64,000 nucleotides of DNA from Candidatus Saccharimonadota bacterium. Lineage in GTDB: Bacteria; Patescibacteriota; Saccharimonadia; Saccharimonadales; Saccharimonadaceae. The translations under genes were made by a program, and so were the position numbers. The notes beneath the pieces were generated by a model, which made no database searches, was not told the DNA's origin, and saw only the letters and a list, made by a program, of their open reading frames with translations. Shown here piece after piece: positions 10,245-18,970 of this stretch. Location of the stretch: assembly GCA_017512175.1 (NCBI GenBank), contig JAFWHA010000015.1:7699-71698 (forward strand), in the 5' to 3' direction. How positions within the stretch are numbered: the first letter of the stretch is position 1; each line of letters starts with the position of its first letter.

Positions 10245-11147
10245 ATGTCCAAATCTACAAAAATTATTGCTGCGCTTGGTTTAGCTGCAGGTCTTGGAGT
10301 CGCTTCGATTCCAGTGGCAACTTTTGCTGCTCCTAGCAGAACGCCTTACGCTGTCGATGGCAACGTTGATCTTTATGTCGAGATTCCAACTGCTATCGCT
10401 ATGACTATTAAGGGCAATAACGATGATGATAGCCTATATACTGAGCAGGGTGTTACTCACGTGTCTAACGAGAATTCTGTTGGCTACAACGTAAATGGTA
10501 TTAACGTTTATGATGGTTATGCTACAGATGCTACTCAGGATCCAGCAGCTCATGCTGACACTGGTACGGTAGATGGTCATCAGGTAACTAATGAAGATGC
10601 AACTAATCATATCTTGAACAAGACTGGCTCTCTTAAGTCTTCTTCCTATGCTTTCCTAAATCAGAATGATTTCACAGTAGGTACGCTTGATGGTACTGGC
10701 GTTAATGATGGATTCAAATCTACCATTACTGTCTATACCAATAATGGTACTGGTTACAACCTAAATGCTAGCGGTATTGAAGGTAGTAGCCCAGATCTAA
10801 CTATGACTGCTGGTGACAACACTTATAGAATCCCTGCTGCTGCTATCGCTGGTGAGGCTGGTACTTCTGGTTGGGGATACAAGACTGTTAAGTACATGCT
10901 TGATGGTGCCAACGCTGATAACGAAGATGAAAAAGAGATTGAAGGCACTACTACACCTGCTGCACGAGTAACTGATAGCACTTTCTCCGCAATGCCTGCT
11001 TATGGTTCTGCTAGGACAATTGACTCTTTGGATAAAGCTACTAAGAATGGTCGTGAAACTGTAGTTCTCTACGGTGTACAGACTTCTCCAGATCAGGCTG
11101 CTGGTGTCTACAAGACTACCCTTCTTTACACTGCAACTACTAAATAA
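10245..11147 (+). CDS. Secreted surface protein, WxL-like/fimbrial-like beta domain
   Basis: SD AAGGA precedes ATG 10245; signal peptide ending ATFA; C-terminus WGY...VVLYGV...QAAGVYKTTLLYTAT; strong GCT/ACT/GGT codon bias suggests high expression. Confidence 0.7.
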   Translation: MSKSTKIIAALGLAAGLGVASIPVATFAAPSRTPYAVDGNVDLYVEIPTAIAMTIKGNNDDDSLYTEQGVTHVSNENSVGYNVNGINVYDGYATDATQDPAAHADTGTVDGHQVTNEDATNHILNKTGSLKSSSYAFLNQNDFTVGTLDGTGVNDGFKSTITVYTNNGTGYNLNASGIEGSSPDLTMTAGDNTYRIPAAAIAGEAGTSGWGYKTVKYMLDGANADNEDEKEIEGTTTPAARVTDSTFSAMPAYGSARTIDSLDKATKNGRETVVLYGVQTSPDQAAGVYKTTLLYTATTK

Positions 11148-11151
11148 TCTA

Positions 11152-11167
11152 GTTCACACGTGTGAAC
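11152..11167. repeat. Perfect 16-bp palindrome GTTCACACGTGTGAAC
   Basis: Self-complementary; lies 4 nt after the stop codon at 11147. Confidence 0.85.
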
Positions 11168-11246
11168 GGGTGTACAAATAAACCTTTCTATAATGTTTAT
11201 TTATATGACCAATACTAATAGATATTATACATAGGACGTGCATCCG

Positions 11247-11274
11247 GAAAACCCCTGAGAAATCAGGGGTTTTC
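11247..11274 (+). terminator. Probable intrinsic terminator hairpin
   Basis: GAAAACCCCTGA-GAAA-TCAGGGGTTTTC, a 12-bp stem. Confidence 0.75.
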
Positions 11275-11391
11275 GAATGGGAAAATAAATAGCAATGATG
11301 AATAAATAAGTAGAAAACTTATAAAAAAGTTAGAATAAGTAGATAGAAAGCTTACGAAAATAGTTATTATAGATATGCTATAATATGTGGT

Positions 11392-12423
11392 ATGGGAATT
11401 GAGAGAATTGTCAGTACGACCGTTAACGAAGATGACAGCCAAGAAGAGGTAATTGAAAAATCACTCAGGCCTTTGACTTTTGATGAATATATTGGTCAAG
11501 AGCGAATGAAGAGCAATTTAAAAGTGGCAATTGATGCTGTTAAAAAACGTAGAGAAGATGGCGATACGGATACTCCTGGCAGTGTTCTAGACCATATATT
11601 ATTATATGGGCCTCCAGGATTAGGAAAGACTACGATGGCAAATGTAATCGCACACGAGATGTCTGCCAATCTCAAAGTGACATCTGGTCCGGCAATAGAA
11701 AGAGCGGGAGATCTTGCTAGTATTTTGACTAACTTACAAGATGGAGATGTGTTATTTATTGATGAAATCCATCGCTTGCGTAGAGCAGTAGAAGAAGTCC
11801 TATATTCCGCGATGGAAGATTTCAAATTGGATATTACTATCGGTAAAGGGCCAGGAGCGCGTTCAATGAGGCTTGATTTGCCAAGATTTACAGTAATAGG
11901 CGCAACTACGCGAACGGGCTCATTGGCGGGACCATTAAGGGATAGATTCGGAATGCTTCATCGCTTGGAATATTACAAGGAAAGTGAAATTGAGCAAATC
12001 ATTACGCGTACGGCCAATATATTAAATAGTAAGATTGAGCCAGATGCGGTGCATCTTTTGGCGACACGTGCGCGCAAAACGCCGCGTATTGCTAATCGCT
12101 TAGTAAGGCGAGTACGTGATTATGCTGATGTGAATGGCGATGGAATTATTGATAACAAAAATGCTACTTCTGCGCTTGATTTGATGGAAATTGATGAGTT
12201 AGGACTTGATCCTGCAGACCGTAACCTTCTGCGGCTAATGGAAGAAAATTATGGTGACAGACCAGTGGGACTAAATACTCTGGCAGCATTGACTGGAGAT
12301 GAGGCCACAACAATCGAAGATTACAACGAGCCGTATTTACTCCAAATTGGTTTCATAGAACGTACTCCGCGCGGACGTCGTATCACTCCGAAAGCAGTGG
12401 AACATTTGAAGAAGCATAATTAG
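11392..12423 (+). CDS. ruvB: Holliday junction branch migration helicase RuvB
   Basis: [25 protein letters not shown] and RTPRGR motifs. Confidence 0.97.
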   Translation: MGIERIVSTTVNEDDSQEEVIEKSLRPLTFDEYIGQERMKSNLKVAIDAVKKRREDGDTDTPGSVLDHILLYGPPGLGKTTMANVIAHEMSANLKVTSGPAIERAGDLASILTNLQDGDVLFIDEIHRLRRAVEEVLYSAMEDFKLDITIGKGPGARSMRLDLPRFTVIGATTRTGSLAGPLRDRFGMLHRLEYYKESEIEQIITRTANILNSKIEPDAVHLLATRARKTPRIANRLVRRVRDYADVNGDGIIDNKNATSALDLMEIDELGLDPADRNLLRLMEENYGDRPVGLNTLAALTGDEATTIEDYNEPYLLQIGFIERTPRGRRITPKAVEHLKKHN

Positions 12424-12455
12424 AAAACGAACGAGAAATCATTAATATTACGTAA

Positions 12456-15116
12456 TTAGAAATCGAGTGGGGAATCATCATACTCTTTTTTCGTGGCTTT
12501 GAAGTGTTTAAAGGCGATGCAGCCACAAACTCCTAGTGCAATGGCATCTATTGCGATGATGATTGCGGCAATAGGATAAATGGAATTGTTAGATTTTTCC
12601 GCATTAGCGTTACCGACTTCTGGGACGTTTGGAGCAGCTTCCTTAGCACTGCTTCTTGTACGACCATAAATAATGCTATATGTATTGTTTGATTCGTTAT
12701 TTTCTGAAACCGTGTTTTCTGAATTTGAATTAGATGTAGGGCTGTTGCTAGTAGAATAATAGCCATTGCCGCTGCCAAGACCGTAGCTTGTGTTTGAAGT
12801 ATTTGAGCTGTTAGAAGTATTTACATTGCTAGAGTTGGAGCTGTCTGTAGTGGTAGACGGAGTAGTATTCCCAGAATTTCCTGTATTCCCAGATTCTCCT
12901 GTATTCCCAGAATCATTATCGTTACTCGCGCTGCCACTATCTCCTGTATTACTAGATTCTCCTGTATTTCCGGAATCCCCTGTATTTCCTGAATCGCCAG
13001 TGTTTCCGGAATCTCCTGAGTCGCCAGTGTTTCCGGAATCTCCTGAGCCGCCTGTGTTTCCCGAATCTCCTGAGTCGCCAGTATTTCCAGAATCTCCTGA
13101 GTCGCCAGTGTTTCCACTATCATTATCAACAACACTGTAAGTACCATCTTCGTTATTAACTATAGTTTTTCCTTCTGGTATATTATTTTCATCTGGCTCA
13201 GTGTTGAAGGTGCCACCAGAAATAGTAGCAGGTGATTCTATAGCCGTGTCGGTATAATTCCCACCATTAATAGTGATATTATTAGTATCTGTCGGACTAG
13301 TAGGCTCTGCAATGCTAACGGTGTCGGAATTGCTGATTTTTGAATTGTCAAAATCGCCATTATTAATAACTAAATCTGTAGTATCTTTAACAATAACTTC
13401 ATTAATGGAGCCGCCATTGATAGTGATGTTGCCATTGCCATTAGAATAAATACCATTATAGTTGCCGCTTTCTATAGTCAAATCGCCTTCATTGAAATTC
13501 CAGACTCCCATACCATCAGTGTTAACATTTTCTAATGTGGTGTTGCCGCTATTACTGATATCTGGGCCATTTGCACTAGTAGCTGTAGAAACATTCTTAA
13601 TCACCGCAGTGGTATTTTCAGAGATATTGATGGCTGGAGAAGATAGACCAGTCATAGGTGTAGTGGAACTGCTAGAAACGGTTTGGACAATTTGACCGTT
13701 TGTCCCGTCAATTAGAGCGTCGACATTTTTACCAATAACAAGCGTCGCCATATTTTCAATACCCGTTAAGGTGTAGCCATTTAATTTGACAGTCACAACG
13801 CAGGTATCTGATTGATCTGGTACGATATAAGAGGCTTTAGTATCAGTGCTCAAATAGATTGGACTAGAGATTTCTGTATAATTATTGGTAGTAGTGTACA
13901 TCTTGATATTAGTACATTGAGGAATTGGCTCGGCGCCAGTTTCTGTAGAATTTACAACACTATAAGTCTTGTCTTCATTCATGATGGTTTTCTTTTCTTC
14001 TGCTAGATTAGATTCTTCTGGAATAGTATCAAAAGTTCCGCCACTGATTTTGACATTTTCCGCGATTTCCGTATTTATGAATGTGCCATTCTGGATTGTT
14101 GAATTTTCTGCAATAGTGCTATTAGTAAAAGTACCATCAGTAATAATGCTATGGTCTTCTATCGCCGTATCAGTAAAAGTGCCATCTACGATTTCCGATT
14201 GAGCTTTGATGGTGGAACTCGTAAAATCCCCTCCGCTGATATTAGACTGTGAAGCGACGGTTGTGTTTAAGAAATCACCACCAACTATGGTCGCTGGGGA
14301 GGAAATTGAGGCATTGTTGAACGTGCCACCATTAATTGTGACGTTATTTGTGGTAGTAGGGTCGCCAAACCACGAAACATTAATAGCTGAAGCATTGGTA
14401 ATGGTCGATTCATATTCGTGGCCATTGAATGTACCACCGTTGATAGTAAGATTAGTAGTTTCTGAGACAACAATACTATTGTAAGTTCCGCCGTCTACGA
14501 CTACAGTCCCGCCGTCTCTTGAGATAACTCGCTCGTAATTGCCACTTTTGATAATTAGTTCTCCGGAGCTTACATTCCAAACTCCGCCCATGTCACTATT
14601 AGCATTTTCTAGGGTAATATGGCCTGCATTAATAATATTTGGCATGCCGTCTAGATCGACATTCTTGACGATAGCTTGGCCGTATTCGCTTGTTATGACG
14701 GCTGCATCATGAAGTCCGCCTATGGCTGGCATAGAATTAACTGCTACAATTTTTCCTCCGCCACCATCTATAATAGCGGAAACGTTATTGCCGACAGTGA
14801 TGCCTTTTCCGCCATCATAGCCAGTAAGAGTGTGACCGTTTAGGTTGATTATTAAGCTACAGGCGGTAGTTTGATTTGGAGCAATATATGATAGATTAGT
14901 ATCCGACGTAAGAGAGATAGGACTGGAAACTACAGTGTAATCGCTATAAGAAGTGTGTGCTTCGATGTTCGTACAAGCTGGAAGATTAGAGATGGAGTCT
15001 GCATAGGTGTCTACAGTAGAATTTGCTAATTTTGCAATAGCGCCAACTACTGCCATTCCGGCAAGTAAAAGCAAGCATGTTGATATAATAGTGGTTTTTC
15101 TTTTAATTTTTAGCAT
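12456..15116 (-). CDS. Large cell-surface protein: duplicated beta-helix-like domain, Gly-X-Y stalk, C-terminal anchor
   Basis: Signal peptide; repeated TI(N/S)GG(T/N)F units; two homologous modules; GNT/GDS repeats; VPEVG followed by a TM segment and a charged tail. Confidence 0.8.
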   Translation of the reverse strand: MLKIKRKTTIISTCLLLLAGMAVVGAIAKLANSTVDTYADSISNLPACTNIEAHTSYSDYTVVSSPISLTSDTNLSYIAPNQTTACSLIINLNGHTLTGYDGGKGITVGNNVSAIIDGGGGKIVAVNSMPAIGGLHDAAVITSEYGQAIVKNVDLDGMPNIINAGHITLENANSDMGGVWNVSSGELIIKSGNYERVISRDGGTVVVDGGTYNSIVVSETTNLTINGGTFNGHEYESTITNASAINVSWFGDPTTTNNVTINGGTFNNASISSPATIVGGDFLNTTVASQSNISGGDFTSSTIKAQSEIVDGTFTDTAIEDHSIITDGTFTNSTIAENSTIQNGTFINTEIAENVKISGGTFDTIPEESNLAEEKKTIMNEDKTYSVVNSTETGAEPIPQCTNIKMYTTTNNYTEISSPIYLSTDTKASYIVPDQSDTCVVTVKLNGYTLTGIENMATLVIGKNVDALIDGTNGQIVQTVSSSSTTPMTGLSSPAINISENTTAVIKNVSTATSANGPDISNSGNTTLENVNTDGMGVWNFNEGDLTIESGNYNGIYSNGNGNITINGGSINEVIVKDTTDLVINNGDFDNSKISNSDTVSIAEPTSPTDTNNITINGGNYTDTAIESPATISGGTFNTEPDENNIPEGKTIVNNEDGTYSVVDNDSGNTGDSGDSGNTGDSGDSGNTGGSGDSGNTGDSGDSGNTGDSGNTGDSGNTGESSNTGDSGSASNDNDSGNTGESGNTGNSGNTTPSTTTDSSNSSNVNTSNSSNTSNTSYGLGSGNGYYSTSNSPTSNSNSENTVSENNESNNTYSIIYGRTRSSAKEAAPNVPEVGNANAEKSNNSIYPIAAIIIAIDAIALGVCGCIAFKHFKATKKEYDDSPLDF
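12866..13116 (-). repeat. Coding tandem repeat (9/18/27-nt units) encoding GNT-GDS-GDS
   Basis: Repeated ccagtgtttccggaatctcctgagtcg-like units on the + strand. Confidence 0.9.
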
Positions 15117-15281
15117 AAATAATGCCTTTTTTGTTTTTTGTATGACCTATTTGTAGTTTCACTATAATACATATGTTTAAAAAATGCAATAGCTAAATTA
15201 TGGAAATGCCAATTGTAGGGTTGATTTTTATTACGAAATCAGCTTTAGATTCTAGAAGACCGAGTGTGATACAATAGGAAT

Positions 15282-16358
15282 ATGCAAAATCAGAAAAGAC
15301 TGGAAGTTTTAAATACTGAATTTTCTTCTGTATGGGAGAAGTTAGATGTTGACGGGAAGCTTAAAGAACTGAAAGAGTTAGAGGAAGAAGTGGCAAAGCC
15401 GGAGATATGGCTAAACCCTGAAAATGCTCGTGAGAAGAACGAAAAGTTAGCACGTCTGAAGGAAAATACAGAAGATTGGCAGATACTAAAGGTGCAGATT
15501 TCTGATATTAAAGAACTAATTAGCCTCGATGATGATAGTTTGGAGGAGGAAATAGCCAGTCAGATTACCGCAATGGAAAATACCTTGTCGGAGTTAAAAC
15601 AGGCCTTGCGCTTTACCGGTCCGTATGATCATAATAATGCGATTTTGAGGATTACTTCTGGCGCAGGTGGAACTGAAGCGATGGACTGGGCTGGAATGTT
15701 AGAGAGGATGTATTTAAGGTTTTTTGAGAAAAAACATTTTAAGAGTACACTTATAGAGCGTACTGCTGGAGAGGAAGCTGGTATCAAAACTGCAGTTTAT
15801 GAAGTCTCTGGCGAAGATGTCTACGGGACGTTAAAGAGTGAACACGGGACGCACCGCTTAGTGAGGCTCAGCCCATTTAATGCAGATAATCTTAGGCAAA
15901 CATCGTTTTCTCTTGTAGAGGTCTTACCTGTGATTAAGGCTGATAATGATATTAAAATTGATGAGAAAGACTTACGTATAGACGTTTACCATTCTGGTGG
16001 ACATGGTGGACAGTCGGTCAATACGACTAATTCCGCCGTAAGGATAACACATCTTCCGACGAATACTGTGGTTGCGATTCAGAATGAACGTTCCCAGCTT
16101 CAAAACAAAGAAAAAGCGATGGAGATTTTACGGGGGAAATTAGCGCAGATGCAGATAGAACAACGGGCTGAGAGTATAGACAAGCTTAGGGCTGGCGAGT
16201 CTGCAAGTTGGGGACAACAGATTAAAAATTACGTAATGCAACCATATAAATTAGTCAAAGATACTCGTACTAAATATGAAGAGACGGATGTGGACGCGGT
16301 GCTTAGTGGAAAGATTGAAGGATTTATAAACGCGTATTTAGATAGCGAAATGGTTTAG
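15282..16358 (+). CDS. prfB: Peptide chain release factor 2
   Basis: SPF recognition motif (RLSPF) and GGQ (GGHGGQ); single continuous ORF. Confidence 0.95.
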   Translation: MQNQKRLEVLNTEFSSVWEKLDVDGKLKELKELEEEVAKPEIWLNPENAREKNEKLARLKENTEDWQILKVQISDIKELISLDDDSLEEEIASQITAMENTLSELKQALRFTGPYDHNNAILRITSGAGGTEAMDWAGMLERMYLRFFEKKHFKSTLIERTAGEEAGIKTAVYEVSGEDVYGTLKSEHGTHRLVRLSPFNADNLRQTSFSLVEVLPVIKADNDIKIDEKDLRIDVYHSGGHGGQSVNTTNSAVRITHLPTNTVVAIQNERSQLQNKEKAMEILRGKLAQMQIEQRAESIDKLRAGESASWGQQIKNYVMQPYKLVKDTRTKYEETDVDAVLSGKIEGFINAYLDSEMV

Positions 16359-16452
16359 GCTGGAGATTAGAGGCGTCTTCTTGACTAATCTCAAAAATAT
16401 TATTTATATTTTTGAGGGACTGTGATATAATTAAGGAAAAGGGAATAATTTC

Positions 16453-17235
16453 ATGAAAAAGGAATTAGTCAAGCTTCACCATGTTCGTAGTAAGAAAGAT
16501 TTTCCTGAGTTGAAACTTGAAGAAAATGAGTATGTCGAGTTAGCTATTCAGCGTTCCAAGCTGGGCATTATTTTTATTTGGGGGGCCGCAGGAATTGGCT
16601 ATTTAGCTTTGCTTGTTGCTTTGATTTTCTTGGAAACTGGTGCGGTAAAAGGCGCAACTGCTTCGCTTAATGGTTTTGCGAAGTCGTACCTATATTTGAT
16701 AATCTTGATTTTGTTTGGGATTATTACGATTGCGGCGCTGGTAGGCAGTAAAGTCTATAAGAGTAATCGACTTTATGTCACAAATAAACGATTAATTCAC
16801 CATTGTGCCAATTCGCTATTTTCCAAATCTGTAAACATTATTGAACTTTTGTCGATTGAGGATGTCTCTTTTAAACAGGATAATATCGCCGATCATATTT
16901 TCAAGCTTGGAACTATTCGTATGGCCACGATTGGAGATGAGACGACTTATACATTCAAATATGTTAATACTCCGAAAGATGAGCTAGATGCAATTACGCA
17001 CCTAGTCCATGTCGAGAAAGAAAAAACTAAGCGACGTCATCGTCGTCCGGGCGAAGAGCGCGAATATGATGATGAAGACTATGAAGATGAGATGACGCTT
17101 CCATCAGCTAAGACGGAAACACAAGTATTGGCAGAACAACCTACGCCGACGATGCCACTGGATACACAACCACCAGCGCAGAATATCCAGCCTCAGCCAA
17201 AAAGCATCCAAGAGCTGAACGAGAGTTTGAGCTAG
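16453..17235 (+). CDS. Membrane protein with a bacterial PH-like domain and low-complexity tail
   Basis: Two TM helices followed by a YVTNKRLI...IEDVSFKQ...GTI pattern. Confidence 0.6.
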   Translation: MKKELVKLHHVRSKKDFPELKLEENEYVELAIQRSKLGIIFIWGAAGIGYLALLVALIFLETGAVKGATASLNGFAKSYLYLIILILFGIITIAALVGSKVYKSNRLYVTNKRLIHHCANSLFSKSVNIIELLSIEDVSFKQDNIADHIFKLGTIRMATIGDETTYTFKYVNTPKDELDAITHLVHVEKEKTKRRHRRPGEEREYDDEDYEDEMTLPSAKTETQVLAEQPTPTMPLDTQPPAQNIQPQPKSIQELNESLS

Positions 17236-17309
17236 TTAGATATATACAAGTTGCGAATATTCAAAGAATAGAGTCAGAATGCTATTAGTGGATTTTGTCG
17301 GTGGATTTT

Positions 17310-17699
17310 TTAGTTCCTATTTTTCTTGACATAATCTTCTTCTTTTTCTAGAGTGGCACGCAAAGTATATTCTTTGCACTTGCCGTCTTCGCAGTTGGCG
17401 GCCTCGTATAGATAGGAGCAACCGCTTTCTCCTAAGATAACTCCAGACGGATCAGTAAATAAATTCGGGTCAATAACGGTCAGATTCTCTTCTGAAATAG
17501 TTTCTGGGTAATAACCATTTTCTGCATAGAAGCCTTCTTCAAGACCATAGTACATGGCATTGATGGCGATTTTGCGGTGGTCGTCACGATCCATAGCATC
17601 AATATTAATCTTTTGGACAAAGAATAGTACGAGTGCTAAGCTTGCAAAAGCGATTACGATGATAAGTTCAATAAGAGTGAATCCAGATTTGTTTTTCAT
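17310..17699 (-). CDS. Type IV pilin-like (prepilin) protein
   Basis: Class III signal KSG|FTLIE with a hydrophobic helix and C-terminal cysteines. Confidence 0.88.
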   Translation of the reverse strand: MKNKSGFTLIELIIVIAFASLALVLFFVQKINIDAMDRDDHRKIAINAMYYGLEEGFYAENGYYPETISEENLTVIDPNLFTDPSGVILGESGCSYLYEAANCEDGKCKEYTLRATLEKEEDYVKKNRN

Positions 17700-17724
17700 A
17701 GTTTAATTATATCATAATAAAAAA

Positions 17725-17801
17725 TGGTAGCAACGACTGGGATCGAACCAGTGACCTTGGGCTTATGAGTCCCACGCTCTAACCAACTGAGCTACGTTGC
17801 C
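17725..17801 (-). tRNA. tRNA-Met (CAT); Ile2 not excluded
   Basis: Reverse complement GGCAACGTAGCTCAGTTGG...CTCATAA...GGTTCGATCC...ACCA folds as a cloverleaf. Confidence 0.92.
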
Positions 17802-17863
17802 ACTTTAACTATTATAGCACATTTATAATAAAAATGCTTTCCCCAAATACTGTCGTAAGACAG

Positions 17864-17949
17864 TGGCGGAAGGGACAGGATTCGAACCTGCGGATGTTTC
17901 CATCTCTGGTTTTCAAGACCAGTGCCATCAACCACTCGGCCACCCTTCC
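17864..17949 (-). tRNA. tRNA-Ser (TGA)
   Basis: Cloverleaf with long variable arm, anticodon loop CTTGAAA, 3' GCCA. Confidence 0.95.
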
Positions 17950-18060
17950 GTAGATTATTATACTATATTTTCCCCTAATATGCTAGTATAAAAGTGTCTG
18001 TAGCTGCGGATGTTTTTAATGTAGTATAAAGAGGTGTTTTGATGTATAATTAACACAAGC

Positions 18061-18582
18061 ATGAAAGAAAAAGTCAAAAGGCTCGCTTTCTATTTTGTCT
18101 TGTTCTCCATTCTGGGATGGCTTTGGGAGATTTTCTTGAGCTTTCTAATGACGAAACATTTTGTAAATCGTGGAATGCTTTTTGGGCCTTGGACTCCGAT
18201 TTATGGTTTTGGAGCAGCAATCGTCGTTTTGCTTTCGGACAAGCTTAAGAAGCCATGGCAACTTTTCGTTACGGTTTTTGTTGCAAGTGGAGTGTTGGAA
18301 TATGCAACAGCGTTTGTGTTTGAAGAGCTATATCATGCGAAGTGGTGGGACTATAGCGTGATGTATTTTAATTTGCAGGGAAGGATTTGCTTGGAGTATT
18401 TGTTGCTTTTTGCTACGGTGGCGTGCCTTGTGGCTTATATTGTTATTCCATTTATTGATAAATTTTACTATAAAATAAATACTAAAGTGTTGACCGTTAT
18501 TTTGGTTATCATTATTACGGCTATTTGTGTCGATTTCGTATTCTCCATATTCAATCCTAACCTTGCGGCAACTTTTCTATGA
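18061..18582 (+). CDS. Putative ABC-transporter permease-like membrane protein (CmpB/DUF1113-like)
   Basis: GWLWE, NRGMLFGPWTPIYG and WWDYS...NLQGRICL motifs. Confidence 0.8.
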   Translation: MKEKVKRLAFYFVLFSILGWLWEIFLSFLMTKHFVNRGMLFGPWTPIYGFGAAIVVLLSDKLKKPWQLFVTVFVASGVLEYATAFVFEELYHAKWWDYSVMYFNLQGRICLEYLLLFATVACLVAYIVIPFIDKFYYKINTKVLTVILVIIITAICVDFVFSIFNPNLAATFL

Positions 18583-18616
18583 TGAACAAAAAAGCTCAAA
18601 GAATTTTGAGCGAATC

Positions 18617-18691
18617 TGGTACCCCGGGTTGGAATCGAACCAGCATTGTATCCTTAGAGGGGATATGTCCTATCCGTTGAACGACCGGGGC
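18617..18691 (-). tRNA. tRNA-Arg (TCT), atypical (C33, T-stem mismatch)
   Basis: GCCCCGG acceptor stem, D-loop with GGATA, anticodon stem TATCC/GGATA with loop CCTCTAA, 3' ACCA. Confidence 0.85.
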
Positions 18692-18752
18692 TAGTAGTTA
18701 CATTTTACCAAAAGCTTGCGAAAAATTCAATAATCTGATAAAATAGACTTAC

Positions 18753-18827
18753 GGTCTCGTAGTATAACGGTTAGTACAACGGGTTTTCATCCCGTCAATA
18801 GGAGTTCGACTCTCCTCGAGATCACCA
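18753..18827 (+). tRNA. tRNA-Glu (TTC)
   Basis: GGTCTCG acceptor stem, anticodon arm ACGGG-TTTTCAT-CCCGT, TTCGA T-loop, 3' ACCA. Confidence 0.93.
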
Positions 18828-18837
18828 GATTACAAAA

Positions 18838-18862
18838 GAAGACCCACGCGGGGTCTTATTTT
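18838..18862 (+). terminator. Terminator after tRNA-Glu
   Basis: AAGACCC-ACGCG-GGGTCTT followed by ATTTT. Confidence 0.6.
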
Positions 18863-18918
18863 GTGCCGTTATGCGACCACCTACTTTATTAATGCAATCT
18901 TTAAACCAAGCTAGAACT

Positions 18919-18953
18919 AAAAGAAGCCCCCGACTTTAAGTCGAGGGCTTTTA
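18919..18953. terminator. Bidirectional-looking terminator, probably for hppA
   Basis: AAGCCCCCGACT-TTA-AGTCGAGGGCTT hairpin flanked by A-rich and T-rich runs. Confidence 0.7.
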
Positions 18954-18970
18954 TAGGAGTATTTATTTGG

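Noticed and set aside
11300-11368. Imperfect direct repeat (AATAAGTAGA...CTTA...AGTT twice) upstream of ruvB
   Set aside because: AT-rich, two degenerate copies; compatible with a neutral local duplication.
12866-13116. Possible CRISPR array
   Set aside because: In-frame coding tandem repeats with no unique spacers, and no cas genes in the window.
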